64,000 nucleotides of DNA from Camelus ferus (taxonomy: Eukaryota): NCBI RefSeq assembly GCF_009834535.1, contig NC_045697.1:94118001-94182000 (forward strand). Direction: 5' to 3'. The translations under genes and the position numbers were made by a program. The notes below the pieces were generated by a model. It was not told the origin of the DNA. It saw nothing but the letters and a program-made list of their open reading frames with translations, and did no database searches. Below are positions 27,801 to 40,626 of the stretch, piece by piece (the first letter of the stretch is position 1; each line of letters opens with the position of its first letter).

Positions 27801-28666
27801 ATATGAAAGTGTCTTTGAATGGTGGAATAGTATTAAAAACATGGGCAACATCCTTATTGGTACACAATAATTATGTAAGAAAGCCGTATTGATGACAACT
27901 GCCAAGTAACGTCTCTCATGATAAAAAGTCAGGGTAACCAGACATTTTTTTGGTAACCAGATTCTTTCATCTAACAATGTAATATTTCCGAGTGTGTGCA
28001 CTTTGTGCTTCCGGGCTGAGATGACTGCTATAGTGTCTGAAATTAATCACATTCTAGGCAGTTGAATAAAGGGATGGACAAAGACAAACTGGCAAGTTGG
28101 TCCACCATATGTCTTTAACCCTCAGTATATTAATAATGTGCAATGTATCTAATTTTAGTTTTTGTTTTTATTTTTGAACATTTTAAACTATTTGCCATGA
28201 ACAATATTCTAGGAGTCTTCTGAACACCAGTGAGTTTTTTTTAGTATTAGAATAAAATTCATTGTATCTTACAATTACTTGTATGAATTCATTGGATTCT
28301 CTTATAAATCTCAGATACATTATGGGTTCTTAACTTATTTTTTGGATGTCTTGAAACTTTTTGCTGCCATCATCTTAGGAATTATTTCATCACTCAGCAG
28401 TTATTCTAAACTATGCTAAAAAGACTCATATGAAAAGATGCTATAATAATATCACCAGGCTATTATTCAGTTGTTCTCGGTATTATATTATTACTTCAAG
28501 AAGGTACAAAGGAAACTAACCAATGGTCTGCTTTTAGCTTTCATTGAACACAACTGGAAATTCAGAGTTTCTCATTTTCCACCTATAAGGGCACAGAGAA
28601 TAAAATTGGTGACATTAGATGTTTGGCAATCATTAGAAGATAAACACAAGGAGACATAAAATTGTC

Positions 28667-28972
28667 TAGAGCTACACTGAGCTATTAAAAGCCATATGTA
28701 GCTAGTGAGCCCCTGAAATGTACTCAAATCAAGATGTGCTGTAAGCATAAACTACACATCATGTTTTGAAAACTTGTATGAAACAAGAGAAAGCAAAATA
28801 TCTCATTATAATTTATATTTATTTCATGTTGGAATGATAATATTTTAAAAGTATTAAATTAAATTAAATGTACTGTTAAAATAGTTTCAATCTTTTTTTT
28901 AACATTTCCAATGTGACTACAAGAAATTTTAAAATTACACTTTTGTCTCATATGATTCTATCGACAGCAGCC
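28667..28972. mobile_element. hAT-Charlie MITE, MER33-like
   Basis: gccatatgtagctagtgagcccctgaaatgt, aagatgtgctgtaagcataaactacacatcatgttttgaaaactt and aatgtgactacaagaaattttaaaattacac match the MER33 layout. Confidence 0.8.
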
Positions 28973-29369
28973 TCCTAGACTCTAGCAATGATAGTAAAAT
29001 TGATCCCACAAACACAATCTGAAGACTATGCATTTTCAGGCTACAATAGCCTCATTGCATTTTCTCAAATGTAAGAATCAATTTGTAAAATATAAATTTT
29101 TTAGTAAATAAAATATATATGACATCCTTATCAAGGGAGTCATTCAACAGAAGGACTTCATCATACAATACATTTCTAGAAGACTTAGACTGCTCTCTTT
29201 TGCTGCAAGGAAGAATGGCAGTACCCTTTCGGCCTTTACGACATTTGTGCTCCAAGATATACGTGAAACAAAGAGGTTTATTATACTTACTTTTTATTAA
29301 ACTTTCTAATAAAGATTTTTTTTTTTACTATCCCTTCATTCTTACTCTACATTATATATAAAATGACTT

Positions 29370-29637
29370 CAAAATTCAAAAAGTCCTTTGGAGCCAGATG
29401 GTGATGGCTATTTCCTGGTACACTGAAGGCTAAGGATTTTCTTCCAGAAGCTGTCACTCAACAATTCACATATTTCACTATCCAGAACTCAGTCACGTCT
29501 CCGGGTAAGGTGGTTGCCAGGAACTGAATAATTCATTTTGAATGACTATGTACTTGGCCAAAACACTTAGAGGTTTTTATTCTAAAGGAGTAGGAGAGGG
29601 TAGATATTGGGGGAGACATATCCCAGTCTCTGCCAAA
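29370..29637 (-). mobile_element. MLT1J/K-like MaLR LTR fragment
   Basis: ttccagaagctgtc...ccagaactcagtcacgt and terminal gggtagatattgggggagacatatcccagtctctgccaaa. Confidence 0.55.
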
Positions 29638-31969
29638 GAGCCTAATTCACATTTCCCCCTAACTTTGAATTAGAACATTTGACAAAGATGCTTGAATACT
29701 TACCCCTTGCAGGTATGATTAAAACTGCACCAGGACCCCAAATTTGTTGCCCTTTATTTAAATGGGAAGGAAACAACAACTTATTATTTGTTTTACATTT
29801 TCTAAACCTACTCTCAGGAATCCCTCCCCTCTGTTGTTACTGGAGTGAAGAGATTCTTAAACATTCTGGTTAGGGTATCTTGATCTGCAATTATTTGAGG
29901 CAATTTTTCTGTATTTTAACCAGTCTCTTTATAGCCACCTCCTTCTCCCTCTCTGCCTTTCCCAGAAGCTGTCTGAGTGTGAAAGTTTCTGCAACCCCTG
30001 GATGGAGGAGGAGACTCCATAACATAACACAGAGCTTATTCCTTTGTCCTTGAGTTGGACTCAGCTCCAAGATTGTTGGCTTGAGTGGTCTCCAAATTGC
30101 TTGTACTTGTATCTGTCAAGATGACCACTGATGAAATTTTCCATTCTTTCATTGGGTGAGTGCCCAGTGCTTCTTCCTGCCAAATCCAGTTTTAATCGCC
30201 AAGACTCTTCCTGAGTTTCAGCCATGTCCTCCACCTGGCGCCCGGGTTAGAACGTCCATTCATTATCACCCTTCAGGGTAACGTCATCTCTCTCCTTGCA
30301 TGACACACCTATGTATCTCAACTCAACCTTGAGCTATGCTGGAAATTTGAGGATCATTTTCCTGATGAATAGAACCTGTAAAGCCCTTTGCAATACTACT
30401 CTGGTCCTCTCTCAGCCTGCCACGTCATGCTGTCATTTTTAGTTTGTTTTAGATCTTCTGGCTTAATCTGGGAATGCCTACTTAGTGGGCTTCTCACAAA
30501 ATTCCAGAAGTGGATCAGGGTACGGTCTCTTGTCTTTCTATTTGAATCATGCAACATCTCACTTTCTAGGATCTGGTCTCGGAGGATAGGAGCAGGAACA
30601 TCTTTGTCTGATTATATGAATTCCTTACAACTATCCCCCCTTACTCTCCTTCTCTCCTTCTCGGAACAGGCCTGTTCTATTTTACTTTTCGTTTTTATCT
30701 GGTGGAGACATTCTCTAGGCTATCATAGCCCTCTTTTCCGATTTGAATTCATCTCTTTCATCCCTTACAATTAAAAAAGCACCAAGGAGGTAGGTGGTAA
30801 AACCTTAACTAGAACTAAAATGATTACTTGAGAATATTTTAATCCTACTATGAAATTACCTGTAATTAATTTAGATCAAAAATAACTATAAGAAAGTAAG
30901 GGTTTTTAAAAAAAAATTTGTATGATTTATATGCAAGTCAATTGTTAGATGCTCTTTGGCATACACAAAGTTGAAGACACATTATCTCACCTCAGGTCCC
31001 CAGTACATGGCCGATCAGTTATAGAGAGGATACGTGTAAAACTCTTAGGTGATATATGGCATGCCAAGTGAGTTCTATAGGGGCTGAGAAGTAGAGCCCA
31101 TGATTTCGGACTAGTACAGAGCAGGCAGCACAAAGAGGTTGATATTTGAAGGGGACCTTAAATAAGTGCCCGTTTAGTTAAATATAGAGTAGAATTGGGG
31201 ATTATTTGGGTTAAACTGTATTGCAATGAGTAACCAGTGCTCATTCTATCCATAATACCTAGACAATTATAAAGGCTCAAAATGTTTTAAGTATTGATAA
31301 TACTATGATTCAATGGAAATGAAAGACGGAATGCATTTGTGGATCTGAAATTAAGGCACTATGAGAATTTAGATATTCTCACGAGTCATGAAGAGTAAAC
31401 AAACTTTTGAGATGGAAGTGGGCAAAACGGTTGCCCAAATATCCATTCCTCTACCCTGGGCAAACTCCCAGACCAGAAGTGGGTTTGTGAGGCATTACGC
31501 CCTGGCAAGCCTGTTTATTTGCTTTCACTCTCCCCTAGAACAGGGATGAACATGGCCTTCTGCGCTTCGATTGTGTGTAACTCCCCTGTGAATGCCAGAA
31601 AGTAAGTTTGCCAAGGTTTCATAGTTTGCTGTCAGGCAAAGTGAGCTCAGACAGTACAAAGAGAACAAGAAGGAAGTAGCTTTTATAAACAGCTTTAAAT
31701 GGACGTATTGACTAATTCTAGTTAATTTTAGATCACTTCACAGAGAGATAGCCTTGGTTCGTCCCTTGATATATCGGCATTGTTATGTGTCTTTAGAAAA
31801 TATTCCTCAGAAAAATGTCATAGGTTTATCTTTGCCTCCTTCAGTTCTCATATAATCCAGAAAACCTTGTAAAAGACCATCTGTCTGACAAAAACATCAC
31901 CCTTTGAATCTGGAAATTCTCTCAAACATATGGTTTAGATAAGAGATTTTACCTTAGAATTCCCCCAAA

Positions 31970-32305
31970 AAGGAAAAAGAAGACACTAATGAACTTACGC
32001 ACAAAACAGAAACAGACTCACAGACATAGTAAGCAATCTTCTGGTTATAGTGGGAAAGAGGGTGGGAAGGGATAAATTTGGGAGTTTGAGATTTGCAAAT
32101 GATAACCACTATACATAAAAATAGATAACAAGTTTCTTCTGTACAGCTCAGGGAACTATATTCAATACCTTGTGGTAACCTTTAATGAAAAAGAATATGA
32201 AAATGAATATGTGTATGTATATGTATGACTGAAACATCATGCCGTACACCAGAAACTGACACATTGTAACTGACCATACTTCAATAAAAATAAAATAAAA
32301 TAAAA
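31970..32305 (+). mobile_element. 5'-truncated artiodactyl-type L1 3'UTR with A-rich tail
   Basis: gacactaatgaacttacgcacaaaacagaaacagactcacagacatag...gggataaatttgggagtttgagatttgc...actgaccatacttcaataaaaataaaataaaataaaa; similar to the element at 62044-63415; no clear TSD. Confidence 0.9.
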
Positions 32306-32334
32306 TCATAATAGATACAAAGGAAAGAAGCTTG

Positions 32335-32766
32335 GAAGTTAAGGTAGTCATTACTCCCTCCCCCAAGCACAGTTGCTTGGCCTGAACTAAGGATAAGTCA
32401 GGCCTGAACATCTGACTCAAACTGGGCAAATCAGCATCCTTCCCAGGATAGCAGCCGGCACTACCTTCCTGGTAGTGGCGGTACGAGGTGCTAGGGTGTT
32501 TGGCAGTCCTGATCGAGGTCAAGCTGAAGAAGCTGGTCTGCACAAAAAAGAAGAAACATCCGGAAATGACAGACAAAGGTGAGTAGTAAGAGGAAAAGGG
32601 GATGGGGAAGGGGGAGAGAGATGAGAAAAAGAAAGAAAGATGAACAGAGTGATGGAGGGAAGGAGAGAAGAAGGAGAGAGATGGGTCTGTGAAATCCCCT
32701 TTCTTGCTTAAGAACATATCAAATTAGTTGTGTCTCACTTGTAGTTGAAAAGTTTCCACGATTACA
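32335..32766 (+). mobile_element. MLT1 (MaLR) LTR, old
   Basis: tgactcaaactgggcaaatcagcatccttcccagga and 3' end aaatcccctttcttgcttaagaac...tctcacttgtagttgaaaagtttccacgattaca. Confidence 0.6.
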
Positions 32767-33819
32767 ACACAGCTTTCTGGAATTGATGTTGATTTCTTAC
32801 AGTGTCCATGATGATTTTTAAATGATAGTTTAGCTAACATGTTTATTTGAGACTCATATACAATTTTTTTTCAAATTAAATTCACACTTTGGTCACAAAA
32901 ATTACTAAGCTCTGATTACCAAATACAGATTCAATATTTATTATGTGAATAAAAATCAGCCATTTGAAGTCACTGACCTGGGAACTGCATTTGAAAACAA
33001 GTTGGAATAAGAATACTGCAGGAGTTTTTCTCTCTCTCCTTTTATAAATCTGTCTTAGTATTTTCTAACTAGCTTTCCCATACTTTGTCTTTTATGTTCT
33101 GAGTCTACCTTCTAAGTTTCATATTAGCAAGATAATTTAACTTATGTGTTTATACAGACTATCATCACCTTATCTCTGAGATTTTCAAATTAAATAGTGT
33201 TCTGTAATAATGAATCACACAGTGGAGTAAATTAGTAGCTTGCATATGACTCTCACTGAGTTAGTGAAAGTATTGAACAAACGAGCAAATATATTAACAT
33301 GTTTTAATATTTTGTCAGCTCTGTTCAATTAAATACCTGATTATAGCACTTAAAATAACACTTTTAAAATATTAAAAAATTGTAGTGTTACTGAAGAAAA
33401 GATATCAAATAGATTGTTTTCTACTTTTCTATTATAATTGCAACTTTATCACCTGGGATATCTTTTTTCTTTTCCTTTCAATGAGTTTTTCTTCCAATGA
33501 GTAGCACATCATGATTTTAAGAACTAACACTAAAAAAGAAGAAAAAGCAAACATTTGTCTATAACTTTTACATAATGAAAAATGTCATTGGTGGTCATTC
33601 TTAGCATTCAATATTGAGGAAAATGAAAATATGCTTATTTTATTAAAGATGATACTCTAGTTATTAGAAATGAATTAATTCTTACAAATGAAGTGTAGGT
33701 TGATAATTCAGCTAAGTATTTCTTATTTGATTAAAACATTATTTCTTTTCTTCTTACTTCAGTTGTTCTTTTTTCCCTCCCTCTTTTCCTCCCTCCTTCC
33801 CTCCTTTTCTCCGTTTCTC

Positions 33820-34720
33820 CTTTCCTTTCACAAATGGTACCGTGTGCTCATTCTGTACCAAAGACTCTGCTAGGAGAAAGGAACAAGTAAGTAAGAAATT
33901 GCAAATAAGGGCAAGTTCTCCTATCAGCGTAGAAGTTTGGCCCTAAGGTTTCATAAATTCACTTATGAAATGTTCAAAACTGAGTGTGCTAGAGGTGGGG
34001 AGGCAATCCCAAGGAAGGATAATTTAAACTGATGATGAGTATATATCAAAGTAAAAGAAGGTGAGTGTCAGGGGAAAACATTTCCCAGAAAGAAAATAGC
34101 CTTCTCAGAGGTAAAAAGTTGAGCTAGAACATAATGAACCTGGCACTTCAGTGGTACTGAAAATAATTTAGAAACATACTTAGCATGCTGCCCTGGGTCT
34201 TGATTCTGAACAACTTGTAAATCATGTTAAGAAGTTTTGACCTAAATCTGAACAATTAAAGGGTTTAAACAAAAGATCGGTATAATAAGTTTGGCACTGG
34301 GTGAAGGATAGATTGAATGATGGGTTTAACAACCAAGCCCAGAGAGACTAATTTGAGGTTGTTTCTGCAAGGCAGGTGAGATAGTGGCCAGAATAGGAAC
34401 AGAAACAACAGACACTGAGAAAATGAAATCACACTGGGAGAAATCTGGGAGGTGAAATTGATAGAAATTAGTAACTGTGTTAGGAGTTAAGAGCAAGGGG
34501 AAAACAAGTCCAAAGTTTGTAACTTAAGGACCACTGTCCTTTGCTGTCATAAGGAGCATAGGTTTTGAAGGTAAAATGATTCATAAATTTATATGGGGAC
34601 ATGACATTTAATAAGACTTAGGCAGGAGATAATCATTTTACAGAGCATAGAGGTAACTGAACACCCTCTGTGTGTCTAGAGAGACAGCATACAGAACACC
34701 AAGGGCCAAGGTCAAGACAA
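33820..34720 (-). mobile_element. L2 LINE, diverged
   Basis: tttcacaaatggtaccgtgtgctcattctgtaccaaagactctgctagg, aaatcatgttaagaagttttgacctaaatctga and gggagaaatctgggaggtgaaattgatagaaattagtaactg. Confidence 0.65.
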
Positions 34721-36639
34721 CATAGAGAGGTCCAGCCGTGTTCACAGTGAAGATTTTATCACATATTTTGTCTCTCTATACATATCAGTTTATGTTGGCT
34801 TTATACTGGAATTAAGTTCAAAGTTCAGTGCTAATTATTAATCTGTGTCAAGTAAACGAGTGGAATACAAAACTATAATAGGACATGAGTGGGAAAGCAG
34901 AGGAACTCGTGGAGCTGTACACTCCAATTGAAGTCATATCACTGAACAAGTGACACAACCCTCGCAGCCCTTGTCCCAGAACAGAAAAAAATCCAGTGTA
35001 CAGAACAGGGAAAAAACATGATCAGGTATTATTAGACCAGGGAGAGGCCACACTGGGAGATCAATCTACTCTCTATCCACTCCCAGAATCCCTACAGAAT
35101 TCTGACAAATAGCTAGCCAGCTGTATTTTATTTCTAGAAAACAAAATCTACTGTATCCAAGACTTCCTTCTGATTGTAAAGTAGAAACCCCATCTTAAAA
35201 CAAAGTGATTTCAATTCAGTGAAACTTGTTTTTGATAAGCTCATCTTGACTACTGAATCAACTACGGAAGTACTAAAATTACTACAAAACAGGAAAGAGA
35301 GAGAATATAAATCCCCAGCACTTAAAATGGACTTTTCTTGAGAATGCAAACATGGTTCCAGCAATCAATTTTAAGATAAATAATGCAATACTGGATGTCA
35401 TATTTACTTTTAGCTTAAACCATGTAGAATATTGAATATTATATAGAATAAAGAATATTGAATATTTGATCTCTACCCAATTCCACATGATAATTTAGAG
35501 GACCATATTATGCCTCAATTTGTGTTACTATATGTACCTTTAAACGTATTTACAAATTGGAAAATTTTAATAAACTATTTTGACACGTAAATTAATTTTA
35601 TATAAAATAACATTATTGAGTAATGGTAAAGGAAATTTGCTTACTGAATTACTAGTGAAATTCATAATAAAATATGCTTTCCTTTAAAGGAAATTTCTTT
35701 AGTCCTTATGTTGTAGCATGAGTTTCCATAAGCATATATCTTTTAGTTCAAAGTACTTTAAAAACAAATGCTTTCAACCTGTTCCTTACTGTTATGTTTC
35801 ATATACATCTGGCTATTTGGGGCTGAAAATATACAACTAAAATATTGAAATCCGTAACTTTATATATTTTTTTAATATCTTGGCCATAAATGTCAATGAA
35901 AGTTTACAAGTCTTGTATACTAATATTAAATTCATAAATTATATTTAAAAAGTAAAGCTTTATCACAAACATATATACTTTAATTTGTTCATACTTTGCA
36001 GTTTCTTTAGATATACACTATAATTTATTGGTCACTATACTCAAAACTATATAAGAAAAAAGAAGTATTTAAAAAATTTTCACTGGTTTTACATTAGCTT
36101 TCTTAGCTCTCTGGCATCAATAGTTCAGCTTCTCTGCACTTCTCGTATCTAGATGGTACAAACAATAGAATGCACTGATTGGGAGGAAAACAAATATCTG
36201 GTAAATGTAAATATCAAGTAAATGATTAAGAAATTTCACTCAGTCAATCCTGGAAAATGTTCAGATATTAACAAATTTAAGCCAAAATAATTTTTCCTAT
36301 TTTAATAGAAAGCTGCACTTAATGGCCACTGTGGCCATGAGTGTGATTCTGTCCTTAACTGGCATTTAAAAATTGGATCAACTATAATATAATAATTAAT
36401 TTATGACATACATAGGTTAATCAAAAAAACAGATTTTATTGGCATATTATGAATACTTCATATCACTTCCATAGGAATTAGAGTACTATATTTAATATCA
36501 GACTCTCCTGCTTTTACCTTTTATATGGCTGAAATCTTGATAATTCAATGATTTTTAAGTTTTTTAGTTTTAATATATTCAGCGTTTACAGAATTCTCAC
36601 TTAACAAATATCTCTTTTCTGACCTAGGTAAGTCTACCT

Positions 36640-36820
36640 AATTTAACCTCATGAAATACATGCTATTTTCATATCCCTATTTTGTAGGCAAAGAAACTAA
36701 AGCTCAGAGGGCTTAAGTATCTTGCTGAAGGCCATAGAACTAGAAAATGGAAGACAAGACTCGATGCGTAGTGCTTTTAAATTCATATCTAGTATTATTT
36801 CCATTATAATTCTGCTGCCT
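36640..36820 (-). mobile_element. MIR SINE
   Basis: atccctattttgtaggcaaagaaactaaagctcagagggcttaagtatcttgctgaaggccatagaactag is the antisense MIR core. Confidence 0.8.
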
Positions 36821-37296
36821 TGGTAAAGTAATTAATTTTTGTGAAAGTCATATTAAAATTAGAATGCTAAATTATTAATTTTATAAATGATAAGATTATC
36901 AAATAAAAAAATATTAGTAGTTAATAAATTCTTTCTTTCTCTACAAAAGACTCACAGTTTTCTTTTAATGATCCTGAAGTATTGAGTTCCAAGAGTTGTT
37001 TTCATAAGACTGTAGTAATTCAAATTTTATTATTACAGAGATATAAGTGCCAAGTCAGGCCAATGCATTGTGTACTATGGTAAAAACATTGGTATAATGT
37101 TTTAGGTGACTTGAATTTCTCTTCAAATCACTTAAAAATTTTTTTCTCTCTCTTTCTTTTTTTTTTTTTATAATTGCCTCTTTTTTTTTAATCACTTTTT
37201 TTTTTTGAGTAATACATATCTGCCAAAATTCATTCTTTTCTCAGCCTCTTTTGAATTTTAAAACATAGAGTTTAGGGGTCAAGATTATTCCCCAGC

Positions 37297-37768
37297 TGTG
37301 ATGGTTAATTTGCTGTTAACTTGACAGGATTAAAGGATGCCCACAGAGCTGGGGAGCACTATTTCTGGGTGTGTCTGTGAAGGTGTTTCCAGAAGAGATT
37401 AGTTTCTGAGTTGGTAGGCTGAGTAAACAAAAACACTTTTACCAGTGCAGGTTAACATCATCCGATCTTTTGAGGGCCTGAATAGAACAATAACATGGAA
37501 GAAGGACGAATTTTCTCTCTAGTTGAGCTGGGCATCCATCTTGTCCTGACCTTGAACACTGGCATTCCTGACTTTCAGGCCTTCTGACTCAAGCTGAATT
37601 ACAACACTCGCTTTCCTGGGTCTACGGTTTGCAAGTGGTAAATCATGGAAGTTCTCAGCCTCCATAATTGCATGAGTCAAGTCCTACAATAAATTTCTCT
37701 CTCTCTGTGTCTCTGTATATACGTATGTCCTTTTGGTTCTGTTTCTGTGGAGAACCCTAGCTAATATA
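37297..37768 (+). mobile_element. MLT2 (ERVL) solo LTR, complete
   Basis: starts tgtgatggttaattt...aacttgacaggattaaaggatgccca and ends ttggttctgtttctgtggagaaccctagctaatata; 5-bp TSD ccagc/ctagc with one mismatch. Confidence 0.93.
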
Positions 37769-38994
37769 CTAGCTCTTACAATTGTGTTCTTCTGTAACTT
37801 AAAATTTTTTCATTGTTCTCAGAATTATTTATTGATGTTTGTTAATACTTGGCTGGGTTGTTAATCTCTTGGGAATTAGATTTTTTAAAATACCCCCTTC
37901 ACCCATTTCTCTCTCTCTCTCTCTCTTTTTTTTTTTTTTTGATTTAAGACACTTAAAATCTTTCAACTGGATAAAAGATCTATTAGCAGCTCTTTAATAA
38001 GAAAGTCCAAAAAGCTTTTAAAAATATTTTATATCCCACTTTTGGAAAATACAAACTTTTATCATAATAAATATTAAAATAGGGCTCAAGAAAATTGGTG
38101 TTCTCTTTCTCTAATTATGCAGTGTTTTATAAATAATTCATAGTTAAATGTTGCAGAACAAAAATGCTTCAAATAAAATGTTTTTTAAATAGTTTTTTAT
38201 TTCAGATGTTTTAAATATTTTGTATATTTTTTATTATTGGAATCTTTTTTTAATTAACAAAATTTATATAGGAATTATACCAAAATTGCTACTTCATATA
38301 TATATTACCTTGACATATTTCTTTGCAGATCCCAAATTGATGTTATAAGAAATTATATAAAACTTCTAATTCATCAGAAGTTAAATGTGTTACATTTTTA
38401 AAATTCCATCTTGTACTCATTGAAATTTATTCTAAATCATATCTTCAGATCAAACACATTCCCTAAAATCTAGATAAGAAAAAGATTAAGCAAGTAACAG
38501 CAAAAAGCCTAATTAGTGTATTTCACCTTCATCATCAAACATAAGCAGAGAAGTGATCAAAACCTTTTAATGGTCAGAAGTGGGCAAGTTTGTGGGCATT
38601 ATCTTTCATCTAAAATACTCTTTTCTGCACAATTTCTGAAGGTTAGTTTTTGGCCTTGTTTGGAAGAGGTTCAAAAATTTTAGATTTAAAAGAAAATCAT
38701 AGAATGATATTTTTAAAACTTTACTTCATGCATACATTTTTCATAATTTAAAGTATATGAAAGAACTTCAAAAGTGGAAGATATTAATTCTAAAAAATTA
38801 TTAAAAATTGATTCATAGGATTTATTTGCAGTTTGTGACTGGCCAAACAAATCTGTTTCTTTGGACTGATAGCTTTGAACAACTACATGAAGTCATTACT
38901 CCTGCATTGATATATGTATACACACACACACACAAACACACACACACATTTTGTCCATTTATTTCTATAAGGTTTGTGTTTTTATACATGTACA

Positions 38995-39344
38995 TAATTG
39001 GTCCTCGCTATCCATGGGTTCCACATCCTGGGAATCAACCAACCATGTACCAAAAATATTCAGGAAAAAAAAATTCCAGAAATTTCCAAGAAACAGAACT
39101 TGAATTCACTGAGCACCAGCAATTGCTTATATAGAATTTACATTGTATTTACAACTATTTTATATAGCATTTACATTGTATTAGATATTATAAGTACAAG
39201 GAGATGATTTAAAGTACATGGGAGGATATGTGTAGATTATATGCAAATACTATGCCATTTTATATCAGGGACTTAAGAATCTGAATTTTTGGTATTCCTA
39301 GAGGGTACTGGAACCAATTCCCCACAGATACCAAGGGATGACTG
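38995..39344 (-). mobile_element. TcMar-Tigger MITE, MER2B-like
   Basis: tatccatgggttccacatcc...atgcaaatactatgccattttatatcagggactt...ggaaccaattccccacagataccaagggatgactg followed by TA. Confidence 0.9.
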
Positions 39345-39571
39345 TAAATATATTTTATACACTAGTTTATATAAACATATATATTTAAATTAATTAATAT
39401 TATTATTTGGTGGGTATAGATAATTGTTAGAGAAATTACTTGTCAACTAAAAAAAGAAAACTTCTTGGCCAGAAATAATGCAATTAAATTAAATGCACCA
39501 TCTAAAAAATTAAAAAAAAAGGAAATTAGAGGATCTGCAAAGTCCATCTGATAATTTGCTATTCATGTATC

Positions 39572-40005
39572 TGTTAGGTAGTTAGGTAAGTGGGGGCACC
39601 GTGCAGATAGGTGGGGAAGAGGGAGGATTGTCCAGAATATGGTGGTATGCCCGCCTCCAGCATTAAGGGTCTTTACTCCTCCTAACGAGTGCCAGCAAAA
39701 CAAACAAACAAACACGGTTAAGTCCTAACAGCAGGGTAGCAGAAAGGACTTAATCAGACATGACGCAATGTCCATTGTATTATAATTAACATTATGATTT
39801 AGGCCCCTTTTGGGTTTTTCTATGTACACTATGGGTAAGTATGTATGCAAAGGGATTAAACATGACTAAGCATTTCAGGGACAAGAGCTGTTAATCAATC
39901 CAAAGACCACCTCTTTGCGAGGGTATGAGAGAAAGGGGAGACAAAAGAACACCATGATTCCTCCTTGAATCAGCCCGCCTCCCACATTTTTTTTAATTCT
40001 TCAGG
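39572..40005 (+). mobile_element. ERV-type LTR, probably 3'-truncated
   Basis: starts tgttaggtagttagg, an LTR-like terminus; GC-richer than its flanks; no intact polyA/CA end seen. Confidence 0.55.
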
Positions 40006-40034
40006 GAAACTGCCACGTGTTTAGGTAAGCATTC

Positions 40035-40626
40035 CAGTTAGCATCTTAAATTTAGTGGCATAAAACAACTATTTTACGAGGCGTATAGGGACTATGCAGC
40101 CTAGAATCCAGGGAGAGCCCAGGAGGGCTGGATTCTTTCTGCTCCAGAACACCTGGGGCCACAGCAGGGACTTGAACCTCTGGGGCTGGAATCGTCAGGG
40201 GGCCCCTTCACTTAAATGCCTGACACCTCGGCTGCTGGCTGCGTTGATGCCAGGAAGGCTGGGCTGAGCATGAATAGTGGGGTGCAGTTCCTATGTGTGG
40301 CCTCTCCGTGTGGCTTGAGCTGGGGCTTCTCACAGCCTCGGGCTGAATCTTCCCAGAGGGAGATTTATGAGAGGAAACTTGCCAAGAGTAAGCATTTGAA
40401 AAGAGGAGGAGGCCCCATGACCTCTTCTGACCACGCTGCAGGCAGCCAGGCAACATCGCCTCCCTCACATTTGTTGGTTTACAAACCAGTCCCAAGGCCA
40501 TCCGAGGTTCAGAGGGAAAGGAATTCAGTTTCTCCTCTTGGTGGGAGAGTGGTATGGTTGCATTATAGAAAAGTGTTTGAGTACAAGACTGATGTAGTCG
40601 TCTTTGTAAAAGTACAATCTCTTGTA
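40035..40626 (-). mobile_element. MLT1E/F-like MaLR LTR
   Basis: aaatttagtggcataaaacaac...ggggctggaatcgtc...gtggcctctccgtgtggcttgagctggggcttctcacagc...tctcctcttggtgggagagtgg...gtctttgtaaaagtacaatct. Confidence 0.85.

Noticed and set aside
29052..29361. Overlapping 67/80-aa ORFs in unique-looking sequence
   Set aside because: No recognisable homology or paired splice sites
30388..30774. 128-aa ORF
   Set aside because: Non-ATG start, no recognisable homology and no convincing splice boundaries
32148..32717. Longest ORF (189 aa, - strand)
   Set aside because: Spans antisense L1 3'UTR, an MLT1 LTR and a purine-rich tract; low-complexity F/S composition and no domain
35134..35310. Strong - strand acceptor (tctctctctttcctgttttgtag) followed by an open frame
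   Set aside because: No good downstream donor and the peptide is unrecognisable; probably a chance pyrimidine tract
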